A stretch of DNA of 64,000 bases. It comes from Octopus sinensis (Eukaryota). Both the position numbers and the translations under genes were made by a program. Under the pieces are notes generated by a model. It saw only the letters and a program-made list of their open reading frames with translations, ran no database searches and was not told the origin of the DNA. The stretch covers positions 91,636,001-91,700,000 of the forward strand of contig NC_043002.1 in the NCBI RefSeq assembly GCF_006345805.1, given 5' to 3'. Shown here piece after piece: positions 25,444 to 40,154 of this stretch. Every line of letters starts with the position of its first letter. The stretch's first letter is position 1.

Positions 25444-25549
25444 AGAAATAGTCGATATGGTGGCATAGAAATACAGACAATATATACATGAATGATAGAT
25501 TAGTGTTTATAGATAGTGTATGTTTCTAGGAGTGTGCATTATGAGCATG

Positions 25550-25595
<46 letters not shown>

Positions 25596-25634
25596 TATAT
25601 ACTTTATTTAAAAGCAGCAGAAATATAACAAAAG

Positions 25635-25672
25635 CTGTTACTCAGAGTTTCACGTTCCCGTTCGTCGGACAG
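25635..25672 (-). ncRNA. Minimal type I hammerhead-like motif (U4C variant)
   Basis: Minus strand reads CTGT-CCGACGA-ACG-GGAA-CGT-GAAA-CTC-T-GAG-TA-ACAG. Stem I CTGT/ACAG, stem II ACG/CGT with GGAA loop, stem III ACTC/GAGT with a 1-nt loop, GTA cleavage triplet. Confidence 0.7.
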
Positions 25673-25699
25673 TTTATATCTCTGCTGGTTTTTTTAAAT

Positions 25700-25940
25700 A
25701 AAGTATATTACTCTACCTCTGGTATTTGAGTACTCTTTTTTCCACCTTGTTTCACATTTATGTGCTTACTCCTGTTTTTTTTTTCTCTCCTTGTTTTTTC
25801 TGTGTCCCTTTCTGTAGAAGAGCGTAGGCTCGAAACGTAAAATACTTTTTTCTATTCCTGAGCGTTATACTAATACAGCTGTTTGTTTTGTACACCACCT
25901 GTCTTCGTCTTTTGTTTTCTTTCGTAAACTCTCCCTATAA
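25700..25940 (+). mobile_element. PLE-end fragment; a partial second copy lies at 21743-21817
   Basis: Shares AAAG.ATATTACTCTACC.CTGGTATTTGAGTACTCTTTTT..CCACCTTG with 21743-21817. Contains a hammerhead-like motif. Both copies abut (TA)n. Confidence 0.55.
25809..25842 (+). ncRNA. Hammerhead-like motif (A6U, probably degenerate)
   Basis: TTT-CTGTAGA-A-GAGC-GTAG-GCTC-GAAAC-GTA-AAA. Same stem II as the 429-455 motif. Confidence 0.6.
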
Positions 25941-25956
25941 ATGTATGTTTATATAT

Positions 25957-25997
<41 letters not shown>

Positions 25998-26046
25998 TAT
26001 ATATATATACATCATATATATATATATAATTTAGAAGTCTGACCAC

Positions 26047-26089
<43 letters not shown>

Positions 26090-27553
26090 TTAAAGTGTCG
26101 AATAGAAATAGCTTGCGGTACTTTTCCTGACTCGCTTCGGGATAAACCGTTAGACAATGGACAGCACTACGTGTGTAAATAAAATGGCTGATTTGAAACA
26201 ACTGTAGTATGATACGGTCTCATCGTGTTCAAGTAAAGTTGGCTCGCCCGGACCAGTTTAATAAGCTCTTTATTAATGGCAACTATAAATACAATCTCAC
26301 CGAGAACAGTAAGAGAAGCGATGGGCCTTTACTGACGATGTCTCAATAACGATTAAAAATGGCTCAGTTGATTCCTCTTTTTCTGTTCATTGTAAATTTG
26401 TCTAAAGAATCAGCGTTTTACGTCACTGCAATGTATTTTGATAAGTTTACTCAACTGAATTAATTTTACTTAATTTACACGCGGAATGTTAGCTGAAATC
26501 TATAGGCTTATCGTGCTGTGCAGTATGGTAGATGATTGCATATGTATATGTGTATCTGTGTCTATATGTGTGAAAAGTTTAGAGAATTCGATAGTGAAAA
26601 CAGAGTACTAGATGTTGAAAATATATTTGATAAAATTGAAACTTCGGATGTCACGGCTCTGAGTTCCACGTCTCCAATTCTAAAGCTAAATTTCGGAAAT
26701 GTAATAGAAAACCGTTAATTAGAATATGATTAAGTCAAGTAAATAAATAAACATTAAATAAACAATTAATGGAAATATATGTAAATAAAAATATAGAATA
26801 AAAATAAATGTAAAGAAAGCGTCATTTATGCTCAAATATTACAAACATATAAACAATTCAAGTCGTTCTCCCTGCACTTCTGCCGTTGGGTCTGTTGTAC
26901 TGTTTATTAATATTTGCCGCCCATCTCGGTCTTCCTTTATGTATTCCCATTTTCCTATCCCAGTCCAATAGCTAGTATAATTGAGCCAGTCTCTCGGCTT
27001 TTTCTTTTACGTTCTATTTATCCAAACATAATAGTATTTGCAGACGTTCCATATGTGACGAAACCATTGCATTTTTCATCGCCTCGCTGATTCTATGAGT
27101 CTTTGTCTCTGGCCATCTGTTCAAACAATATATGATTTTTTTTTTTTTTACTTAGACTGATTGTTTGTCCGGTAATCATTCTACGTAATATCAAGTAGTT
27201 TTCCTGACGACCATTATTATAGAATACAAAAGAAATAGAAAGGGAATGTATATAGGAAAAAAGTGGATAAAGCAAGATGTTGCTACATGCATTCGCTGTC
27301 AGAATTTACTCTCTTTTCATAAGACCATACGTAAAATTATGCAATAAACAATGTGCTGAGTTTGTCTCTCCACTTAAATGAACAAGGAAAAAAAAATAAA
27401 AAAGGAACTTAGCAGAAGAATATAGAACAAAAATGAAAACAGGAAAAGAGAAAACTATAAAATATTCGAGTGAGATAGAAAATTCTCGTTAGAATTCATT
27501 ACCAGACCCTTTCTCTAAAAATTAAATAGTAGATTTTTGCTTTCTATAAGTAC

Positions 27554-27972
27554 TTACTCTTTTACTCTTTTTACTCTTTTACTTGTTTCAGTCATTTGAC
27601 TGCGGCCATGCTGGAGCACCGCCTTTAGTCGAGCAAATCGACCTCAGGACTTATTCTTTGTAAGCCCAGTACTTATTCTATCGGTCTCTTTTGCCGAACC
27701 GCTAAGTGACGGGGACGTAAACACACCAGCATCGTTTGTCAAGCAATGCTAGGGGGACAAACACAGACATATACACACACACACATATATATATATAAAC
27801 ATATATACGACAGGCTTCTTTCAGTTTCTGTCTACCAAATCCACTCACAAGGCATTGGTCGTCCCGGGGCTATAGCAGAAGACACTTGCCCAAGATGCCA
27901 CGCAGTGGGACTGAACCCGGAACCATGTGGTTGGTTAGCAAGCTACTTACCACACAGCCACTCCTGCGCCTA
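27554..27972 (-). mobile_element. SINE family B
   Basis: Aligns to the family B consensus inferred from the other copies. Confidence 0.9.
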
Positions 27973-29350
27973 TGATAATTTACTAAGATAATTTCTAAAA
28001 ATTCAAACTGCTCCTGTTCTGTGATAATTTTAAAACGGATCAGTTAAGCAACGATAGCAACTGAGCGTGTGTGTCCTGTGACCACGCATGTGAACAGGTG
28101 CAAAAGTGAAACTAGATAAGATGTATAAAAGGTGTTATGACAAGTTTCGTTCACTCTCCAAATGAAATAGAACTTGTGAGACTTGTTGAGAAATTGCTTG
28201 CGTTGATGAACGAATGTTGATCGAGTAATATTTGTCTTAGATTTGTTTTTGTTTTAGTGCTGATGCAGGATTTTGGTTGTGAAACATCATTCGATATACT
28301 AAAGAAATGGCAAGACAGAGTATGTTTTAGATTCAAAAAGAACTTTGTTTATTTTAATTTTTAAAAATAGAATAAGTGTAAAAGAAAACGCATTATTTAT
28401 GAGATGACCAAATAGTTGAAAAGATAAACTTTTCCTAAAATATAATTGACAAAAATAAATTCCAGATCATTATTTACACACAAACGTTGAACTTCTAGAA
28501 GATTGAGACAGGTTTACCATCTCAGTCATATATATTTGGTAAGAAAATTTCAAAAGGAATTGAATTTAAATTTCTGTATAAAAGCAAAAGGTATATAATC
28601 TTAATGCAGTTTCAACTGTCTTGGAATCAGGCGTAATTGAAATTTTTATATAAATTCTATTGAATATTTTATGATTTTTATATTCTGACGTATGGTGTTA
28701 AACGGCGAGAGTGGAATGGTCAGTGTTTCGTGTTCTGCATATTGTTTTTAGATTGCTGACTAAGTAATGGATAAAGTAGAATTGGATGAGGAATTTAAAA
28801 GTATTGAAACAGGCAGTTTTACCTACTTAATTTCTATTAGTAATTCATATTTTCAATATTTTTATTGCAGCTTGATTTCAGATATTTTTATCACAAAAAC
28901 AAACAAAACAAAACTGCTATACAAATTTTAATGCTTTTTCCCACTGTTAATTATAATTACAAATAAGTTGTTTTTTTTTAATTGTTAGATCAGGAGATCG
29001 GAAATGCCGTTATGGCTTGCAGGCTCTGTGGACGATTGAGATCGATATGGTAAATGCAATTCTCTTTCAATGGCAAGTTGATGATTGCAGCAAAGACATG
29101 GCTAACACGTGAATTTAGAAGATATGACAATTTCCATGAAAAAAGACCGAGGAATGTTTTTTCTTGGGGGGGGGGGGTGATGGAGGTGAGTGCAATATGA
29201 GGGTTAAAATGAGAGAATAGTAATCCAAATGGGTAAGAATAGAGATGGAGCAAGAACAATCAACTGCAAGGACAACTGTTGACCAGATATTGGAGTGTGT
29301 TTAGAAGACTAAAAACACATTTTTATTTGTTTTAATATTATGAGTTTTTC

Positions 29351-29491
29351 GGTGAGCCGGCAGAATCGTTAGCACGCCGGGCGAAATGCTTAGCAGTATT
29401 TCGTCTGCCGCTACGTTCTGAGTTCAAATTCCGCCGAGGTTGACTTTGCCTTTCATCCTTTCGGGGTCGATTAAATAAGTACCAGTTACGC
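29351..29491 (+). mobile_element. SINE family C, 3'-truncated
   Basis: Head and core present, ending at CCAGTTACGC. Confidence 0.85.
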
Positions 29492-29538
29492 GGAATTACA
29501 ACCGTGTTTCGTGGTCTGCTACTACAACAGCTCCTTTA

Positions 29539-29624
29539 TAGGATCCAGTTAGCTCAAGACATCATCAAGAGGAACCACGTCCGGTTGGTTCCTCCTGATG
29601 ATGTCTTGAGCTAACTGGATCCTA
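29539..29624. repeat. 39-bp-arm hairpin with an 8-nt loop
   Basis: Arms 29539-29577 and 29586-29624, with 1 mismatch. Confidence 0.95.
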
Positions 29625-30823
29625 ATTCAACTAATTGAATTTTCATAACACCAATTAATATTTCTTTATTTGCAATAATCGATTCCTCTTTTTTTAAATA
29701 AATAACAATTGTGAGTGAAACAGAAACCCGTAAACATTTTGCACTTCCTCTAAAATAAAGATAGATATTACAAGAAATAAGATTTCTTTTGCTCTTATAT
29801 GCCTTCGGAGAACATATGTTTTCTTGAACTCTCTACTCTAAGCTGTGCTTGTGATCAAACAAAAGATCCCAGTGACATGAAGCATGGCGTGTACGGCCGC
29901 ATTGTTTTACTTAAAATGTGACGGAAAAGCTCACTTGAAATTCAATATGTTAAGGAACGTTTGTTATTTTTTATAATACGGATATATTTATGATGTCATT
30001 AAAAATATCACTTATAGTTTCTGTTTTGGAGTGTTGTATTTTAAGAAGCACATACACGCCACCAACAACATTTTAAAAGCTGCAACAACTAGCGTGTGCT
30101 AAACAGAAAATTGTTGCTAGTTTTGCTGTAAAAATGTCGCTTCAGAAAGAAACCAGAATTGAAGAATCCTCTCTTTCTCCCCGTCTTTCTCTTTTTCTCA
30201 TTATTTTTCTTTCCCCCTCTCTATCACTCTTTTTCTTTTTGTTTCCCTCTCGTTTTCCGTCTCATTATTTTTTCATTTCTTTGATCCTAAAATCTTATTA
30301 TATAACAAATGCCATTTCCATGTTCATATATTCACCAGGTCTTACAAGACACTCTTACCTGTCGAACATGTAGCAAGTTCTTCATATCCAAGGAATATAA
30401 AAAAAAATTTGTTTAATGAAGGTATTTTTTGCATCATCTCTGTCACTTGCAACACCTGCATCGTTATTATACAGAATTTCTATATATTTTAAATATTGAA
30501 TATACTACTTGCCTTGGCAACATACATACTAAAATGATATTCAATTTATGTTTTGAAGATGGCTGAAAAGATAGGGCACTGGTCCCTTGGACATTATAAT
30601 ATTTAGATTCTGACCTCTTCCTTCTGGGTTTCAAATAACCGTGCCGATTTGTGTCACATTTCACAACAAAATAGACGAAAGAGGTTGAAAGTGGTATCCT
30701 CCTCTCTGCAGTAGATGAAGTCGTATCTTAAGATACAATTAGTGGGCATTCAGTCATCTCGATCATATCTCTTAAGAAGTTGGACTCGTCAACAAGTATG
30801 ATATTGTGACATTCAACAATAAG

Positions 30824-31040
30824 ACGGTAAGCTGGCAGAATCTTTAGCACCGCCCGGCACACTGCGTTGTGGCATTTAGTCCGTCATTACATTCTGGGTT
30901 CAAATTCCGCTGAGGTTGACTTTGCTTTTCCCTTTCGGGGTCGATAAAATAAGTACCAGTTGATCACTTGGGTCGATGTAATCGACTTACCTCCTCTTCC
31001 GAAATTGCTGACCTTGTGCCAAAATTTGAAACCATTATGA
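30824..31040 (+). mobile_element. SINE family C, older subtype
   Basis: GCTGGCAGAATC.TTAGCAC head and TTGACTTTGC.TTTC.CTTTCGGGGTCGATAAAATAAGTACCAG core. Confidence 0.75.
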
Positions 31041-31202
31041 CAGTCAACAAATATATACAATATAAACAGCAATATGATAGATGTAGAACAACAGATATTT
31101 TAGAGTAGGTTGAGACTACTACACAATTTCCGACTGGAAATAATTTAACGTTTTAGTTAGAAAAAAAAAGGGCTTCACATATGATGGTTATCCTGTACCT
31201 AC

Positions 31203-31437
31203 CCTTGACCGCGATGAATAAAGAAGCAACATATCCAAAGACAATAAACTTCGCTCGAATCCTTTGCCACATAGTTCATTGCAGTAAACATACTCAGAGA
31301 TCAGGTGTGCTGCTGAAGCGGGCGAACAATTAAGTCTACCACTGAACAAACAATAGCAGAGATCTCTCTCAGACGATCTTCCATACAGTTTCTTCCGATA
31401 ATTTTTCTTCACTTCTCTGCACAGCTCCAACTTTATG
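31203..31437 (-). CDS. Candidate coding exon of an unidentified gene
   Basis: 78 open codons bounded by TTTTCTTCACATTAG| and |GTAGGT. No recognisable homology. Confidence 0.25.
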
Positions 31438-32159
31438 CTAATGTGAAGAAAAATCATTAATTATTAATATCCGTTAACATATTTTACAAGCCTGATTTTA
31501 GTTACACAGAACTAATAACGCATTGCTTTTAAAATTTAATATGGTACATATTTCAAAGGATTAAACCAGTTATAATCTTGTTTGGGCTTGTTAGATAGAG
31601 ATGTTACATATTTTGTAACTTATTATACGCCTAAACTAAATGATAAAGCTTTGTGAATCATCCATGTTTGTATTTTGTGTATTGTGTTTTATTTCTCAAT
31701 AAAACTGACATCCCTCTTTCTATTCGTTATTCATTTATTCTCTTGGCAATTTAAGATGGAAGTCCGATTACGTCTTATACTTTGTATTTATTTTCTTAGA
31801 TATTTCAATTAAAGAATAAGTATTCATAAATATCTGCATACAATGAATCTATTATGTATGTATCTATTTTATTCATGCACACTTCTCTTCATATCTATCC
31901 ATGCACACATATACTTCATGTATATGCATACATGTTTATGGATATGCATGTATGTACGTATGTATGCATGTACGTACGTACGTACGTACGTATAATATAT
32001 GTATGTGTGTGTGTGTGCGTATGTATCTGTGTGTGTGTGCGCTTGTTTTTGTGTGTCTGTTGGTATGTATGTTTATATGTATGGTTATATATGATATATA
32101 TATATATATATATATATCATATCAAATATATATGCATCGAGAGAAGCTGACACATGCAT

Positions 32160-32244
<85 letters not shown>

Positions 32245-34383
32245 TTCTTGAAAGTGACTTTGAAATTTATTCGGTAGTGATTTATAAAAACAATCCATGA
32301 GTCTAAAAATGCCACCAGAGACAACATTTCGAAATTACAATTAAAAAAACAAACTATAATGAAAGAATTTATACATGTATTGAGTCCATTATTTATTCAA
32401 TGCTCGTTTTTTTTATGAGTTTTATCTTCGGGTGTGGAGTGAAGGCCATGTCTCTTTACGAGGCCTGTGAGAGGGAAGTAAAGTGGTATTTTCAAAGCGA
32501 AAACCTAGTCCAAAAGCTTGCGACTGAGTGTATTCTATTAAAAGCACTCAATGTGCTAGGTGGGTTGGGGTTGCGTGAGTGAAAATTAAACCAGATAAAG
32601 CCGTCTACTACCCAGGTAGACCATAGAGGGATTTGAACTCATTATGCAAAAATCGAAACAAAGGCATCCAGTCCGATGTTCTTACAGCTTCCTCTCATCC
32701 GCTGCCTCAGAATGGTACTTTTTAATCAACTCTGAAATGTTGAATAGCAAAGTTGATAGTGACAGGATTTGAACTCAGAGCGCAGATACTCGGAACAAAC
32801 GCCGCAATGTGTCGAGCGTTCTTAGAATGTGTGTAATTTTTTTTCATCGACACCGAAAGGGTGAAAGGCAAAGTTTAGCTTCGTTTGCTCTGTCATAGAT
32901 ATGTGTTAGGACCAAAAGATACAAAGGGTACTGCTGCTCTCTGTCTTGCCAATGGCACCATCTTTGTTTGAAGATACAGAAATGAAGTCATGATTGACTC
33001 GATGCGACGAAGATGCAAAACGTTGCACATGTCACATTGACATCTGAAAGAAGGCACTGAACAAAATTAAGCTGTTGGCATAATTTTAAGTCTGCACATG
33101 CTCTGCTGAAGGTGAGATTTTCATCCCTTTTATCATATCATGTAACTCCAGTTATTCATATTTCAGACATATTGGTACATATCAATTTGAGTAATTAGAA
33201 CTCATTCAAAAAGGATGGGCAGCTTTCTTACTGAATTAGCAAGCAAAGTGTCTGGGTAGTGCACAGGAATATGTATTCTTAACGTAAATCTCAAGTAGAA
33301 TCAGCATGAAAAAATGCGACAAAGTAGGACCTTTGAATTACAGATAAAATCTATCTGACAAGCTGCTGCAAACATTTTTGCCGTCCATTTTCAATCGTAA
33401 GTTTGGATTAATCCGGAGCTATGATAAAGGTACTTGTCCGAGATGCTAGCAAAACCAGGGATGAGGCCAAACCAGGGACATCATGGTTTCAAGACGAACA
33501 TTTTAGACACTTAGCCCTGCCTGCATGCAAAATGGCGTCCATTAACCACCCACTTGAGCATATTGAATTACCTGCCCTTTGAATGCCTCAAGCAGAGTCT
33601 ACTCTGCTGCAGGCACTCGGTCCAGGTCTACAGTCTATAGAGATCTTTAACTTACTCCTAGCCAACCACCAGTCACAGAGGACCTGAAAAAGTCGTGTGC
33701 TGCCATTTCTTCTCTAAACCATTAAAAATCAAAAATAAATGTAAGTAGTCTTCATTGTTACATTGATATTTTAAAGAAATCTTCACAATTTTTTTTTCCA
33801 TTTTGTCAGGGTTAACATTTTTTTTGATTCCGTTGTAACTCATCAATAGCATTGCAACGGAAACAGTTAAACAGTTTGGAAGAATTAACAACATTTTTCT
33901 GTAACTAACTTTACAAATTTCAACTGAGAAACATTAATCTTCTTCAAGCGTCTCTCTGTCTGTCTAAACACAATACTCGCCTTAAAATTTTCTCATGTCT
34001 TGCCGTTTTATGTGTACGCGTGTACGCGGAAGTGCTTTTATGCGTATCAGTTCGTCTTCCTGTGCCTGTGTGTTTGTGTGTGCGTGCGTGCGTGCGTGCG
34101 TGCTTGTGTGAAAGTGACTGTGCATGTATGTATATGTAAATGTTTATGTGTGTGTGTATGTTTGTGTGGGGCACTATGTATGTTTTGTGCTTGTTGTGTG
34201 TTTGTGCGTGTGATGTCTTTGTATATGTGCATTTCCGTTCGTTTTGTGACTGGAAAATACACACATTAGTGTGTATTTTGTGAGCATGCGTGTGTGTATG
34301 TATGTATGTAAGAAAGAGATAGAAAGTGAGAGAGAAAGAAAGAAAGAAAGAAAGAAGAAAGAAAGAAAGAAAGCAGTGCGTGC

Positions 34384-34418
<35 letters not shown>

Positions 34419-34716
34419 TGTGTACGCTCTTCTATGCTTGTGTGCACGCTTCTATGCTTGTGTGCGGGCTTGTGTGAATTGTACTACTCAAACAACGACC
34501 TCTGCTTCGAAGAAATATCAGATTACAACACAATTCACCTGGAACCTCATCAATCCTCTTTCTTCTAATATTTCTGCCGGTCACTTTCTAAATAGATTTT
34601 CCAAACACTACGTGCGATCTTTCAACTAAACCAGAGCGTCGTTTGCGATATTCGCTCCATAGATTTTTTGATGTTGGTCAGAGCCAAGCTGAAAAGTCAG
34701 GGTCATAAAGTGTCTC

Positions 34717-35148
34717 GGATCTTTTCGGTTTGAACGGCAGTTTTTAACATAATTTCTAGGTGACTAAAAAATTTTAAACTTCGTATACTGGTAGAATGTG
34801 TTTATAAAACATCTTTTTCTCTTGGCTTTATTGAGAAAATTCTATGGTTTGTAAGATATTTGTTGTTGTTTTTCTTCAATTTCATCAATTTCAACCAATC
34901 ACTGACGTCTATTGAGGTAAAAAAACATTCTGTGTCGTATAAATATGTCCCTCGTTTAAGAAATAGATTGGGTTTATTTACATTTGTGAAGAAAAAAAAG
35001 ATACCCTTCCCCCACCCCTAACCCACCCTAACTAACCCTAACCGTAAAACAGATTGAAATGCAATAGATCGATACTAGGGTCATAATTATGGGTGGCAAT
35101 TTCATATGACACCGCTAGAAAAATCTGCCGTTCAAACTGAAAAGGTCC
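34717..35148. mobile_element. 432-bp MITE with ~28-bp imperfect TIRs and an 8-bp TSD
   Basis: TIRs GGATCTTTTCGGTTTGAACGGCAG / GGACCTTTTCAGTTTGAACGGCAG (reverse complement of the right end). TSD AGTGTCTC at 34709-34716 and 35149-35156. Internal CCCTAA-like repeats. Confidence 0.9.
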
Positions 35149-35197
35149 AGTGTCTCCTTATAATATTCCTGTAGACATTTTATATTTTATGTTTTCT

Positions 35198-35578
35198 TTC
35201 CCTTTTACTTGTTTGAGTCACTGGGCAGCGGCCATGCTGGGACACCGCCTTGAAGAGCTTTGCAGAACAAATAGACCCTGGTGCTTACATATATTTTTAG
35301 AAACTTAGTTTCTAAGTCAGACATATGCAAGGTACAGTTGGGTGATGTCCTTAATATCGGTGTCACATTTTGGCACCGGGACGGCAGTTTCAGGTGGAGT
35401 AATAAGTCGATTGCATCGACCCCATTACTCAACTGGTATTTATTTTATCGACCTGGAGAGGATAAAAGCTAAAGTGGACATCGGCAGAATTTTTGAGCTC
35501 AGAACACAAAGACAGACGAAATACCTATAAGCATTTTGCTCCGGTGTCCCAACGATTCTAACAGCCCGCCGCCTTTAA
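35198..35578 (-). mobile_element. Old family-C SINE followed by a family-B tail relic
   Basis: Degenerate family-C core at ~35385-35578. GGCGGTGTCCCAGCATGGCCGC...AAACAAGTAAAAG tail at ~35198-35260. Confidence 0.6.
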
Positions 35579-35879
35579 GATCACTAATATCAGCGGACGT
35601 GCGATTACATCAGCTAATCAAAAACTATGCAATATTCGCTATAAATAATAGCTGAAATCGATTGGCAATCGTAGAAACAGCGCTCCAAATGAACCCGATA
35701 GATGGTTTAATTTTTATGACAGCAGCAGAATTTCTTAATATCTATGTATATTATCAATATCATTTGGCATCCATGAATCATGTCGGTAATGCCAACATGA
35801 TGACATTTTCGCATGCAAGATTTATACACAGACACACAAAGCACACACACATATGTATGTATATTTGTCTATGCTTTTA

Positions 35880-38920
<3,041 letters not shown>

Positions 38921-38974
38921 CAGCATATTGATGTTGAGTGTGTCCGGGTCGATAAGCAACGTATCCAGGTAGGA

Positions 38975-39340
38975 CTCTACGGAGTAGTTTGATATAACTA
39001 CGGGTCCGTGTGATTCAGCACAGGTGACGGATTTAGTGGGCTCATATCTCTTCTACTAGGTTAAAAGTGGCTTTCCAAATATAGTCGTAGGTCTTTATGT
39101 GGATGATGCGCTCCTTGCTACCAGCGGTAGAAAGGATAAAAAAAGCCCTTAGGAAATTTTTGCTTTCTTTTTCAACCTTATCATTACTTCTGATACTTCA
39201 AAGGTAGTAAATTTTCTGGACGTCACGTTGGATCTTAATACTGAATTATAGTACCCATGTCGAAAACCCAATCAATCCCTGCAATACATTAACGTCTCTT
39301 CTAATCATCCTCGCTTAACTATCAACAACATTCTTATAGA
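38975..39340 (+). pseudogene. Penelope-like reverse transcriptase relic
   Basis: Manual translation from 38988: [18 protein letters not shown]...GLYVDDAL...VNFLDVTLDL...RKPNQSLQYINVSSNHP, with 3 in-frame stops. Matches PLE RT motifs as I recall them (MGxxxxxxxxxLVG, GLYRDDG, FLDVT, KPN, SNHP). Confidence 0.8.
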
Positions 39341-39682
39341 GAACAGACCTGAATAGGGAAATCAACGCAAGTAATTTGTCCCCAACGGTGGGCTTTCGTT
39401 ACCTATATTTCGGCAATGACTAACCGATGATAATGTAATGATTTAATTGTTTTATAAACGGTTTAAAACGTCTAAATGAAGTCACTCAGATTGTGGGGTC
39501 GAGTGACCTTCATTTCATTTTTCATTATTCATAACTATTATTTCCATTCGTTTTTCTTTTTTTCCCCTACTGGTCTACTGGTATGTGTGTCTGTCCTTCT
39601 CCCTCTCTGTAGCCCCTTGCGGATAATTAAAAATAAAAATAGAAATTGTCAGAATGTGATTTTCGAAATTATCAGAATGTGA

Positions 39683-39774
39683 TTTTCAGATGAAGGCGAC
39701 ATTATCCGCATGGATTGTAAAATTTCTCTTAATTTTTCTATCAGGACATGAATTCTGGAAACGGCCGTAGAAAG
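39683..39774 (+). ncRNA. Degenerate hammerhead-like motif downstream of the PLE RT relic
   Basis: TTTT-CAGATGA-AGG...TCT-G-GAAAC-GGCC-GTA-GAAA. Palindromic stem III ACGGCCGT; position 4 is A. Confidence 0.4.
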
Positions 39775-39996
39775 TAGTTTTCCTCTTATTGTATTATATA
39801 CTATTTATATGTAAAAAAAACGGATTGAACTTTATGGATTTATTAATTAGAGAAAGATTTTTTACTAGTTCTCTTTTCCTCACTTTTTCCATGTACATCC
39901 AACGTATATTCTATTTACATATATTTTTATATACATTTATATATATTTATATTTTTTTAAAACATTCATATTTATTTTGTATGCCGATATGTATTA

Positions 39997-40034
<38 letters not shown>

Positions 40035-40110
40035 TAAAGTTTATAATTATGTATGCGTATGTAAAAAAAATATTGATTGCCTTAAATGAGTTTTTTTTAT
40101 TTGTGTGTGG

Positions 40111-40154
<44 letters not shown>

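Noticed and set aside
28258-30421. Phase-compatible plus-strand mini-exons (28258-28319, 28752-28800, 28989-29049, 30339-30421)
   Set aside because: No recognisable protein, and one overlaps the competing minus-strand candidate. Such splice-like sites are common by chance in AT-rich DNA.
32987-33030. GCGACGAAGATGCAAAACGTT as a hammerhead
   Set aside because: Several core positions deviate and there is no stem I or II support.
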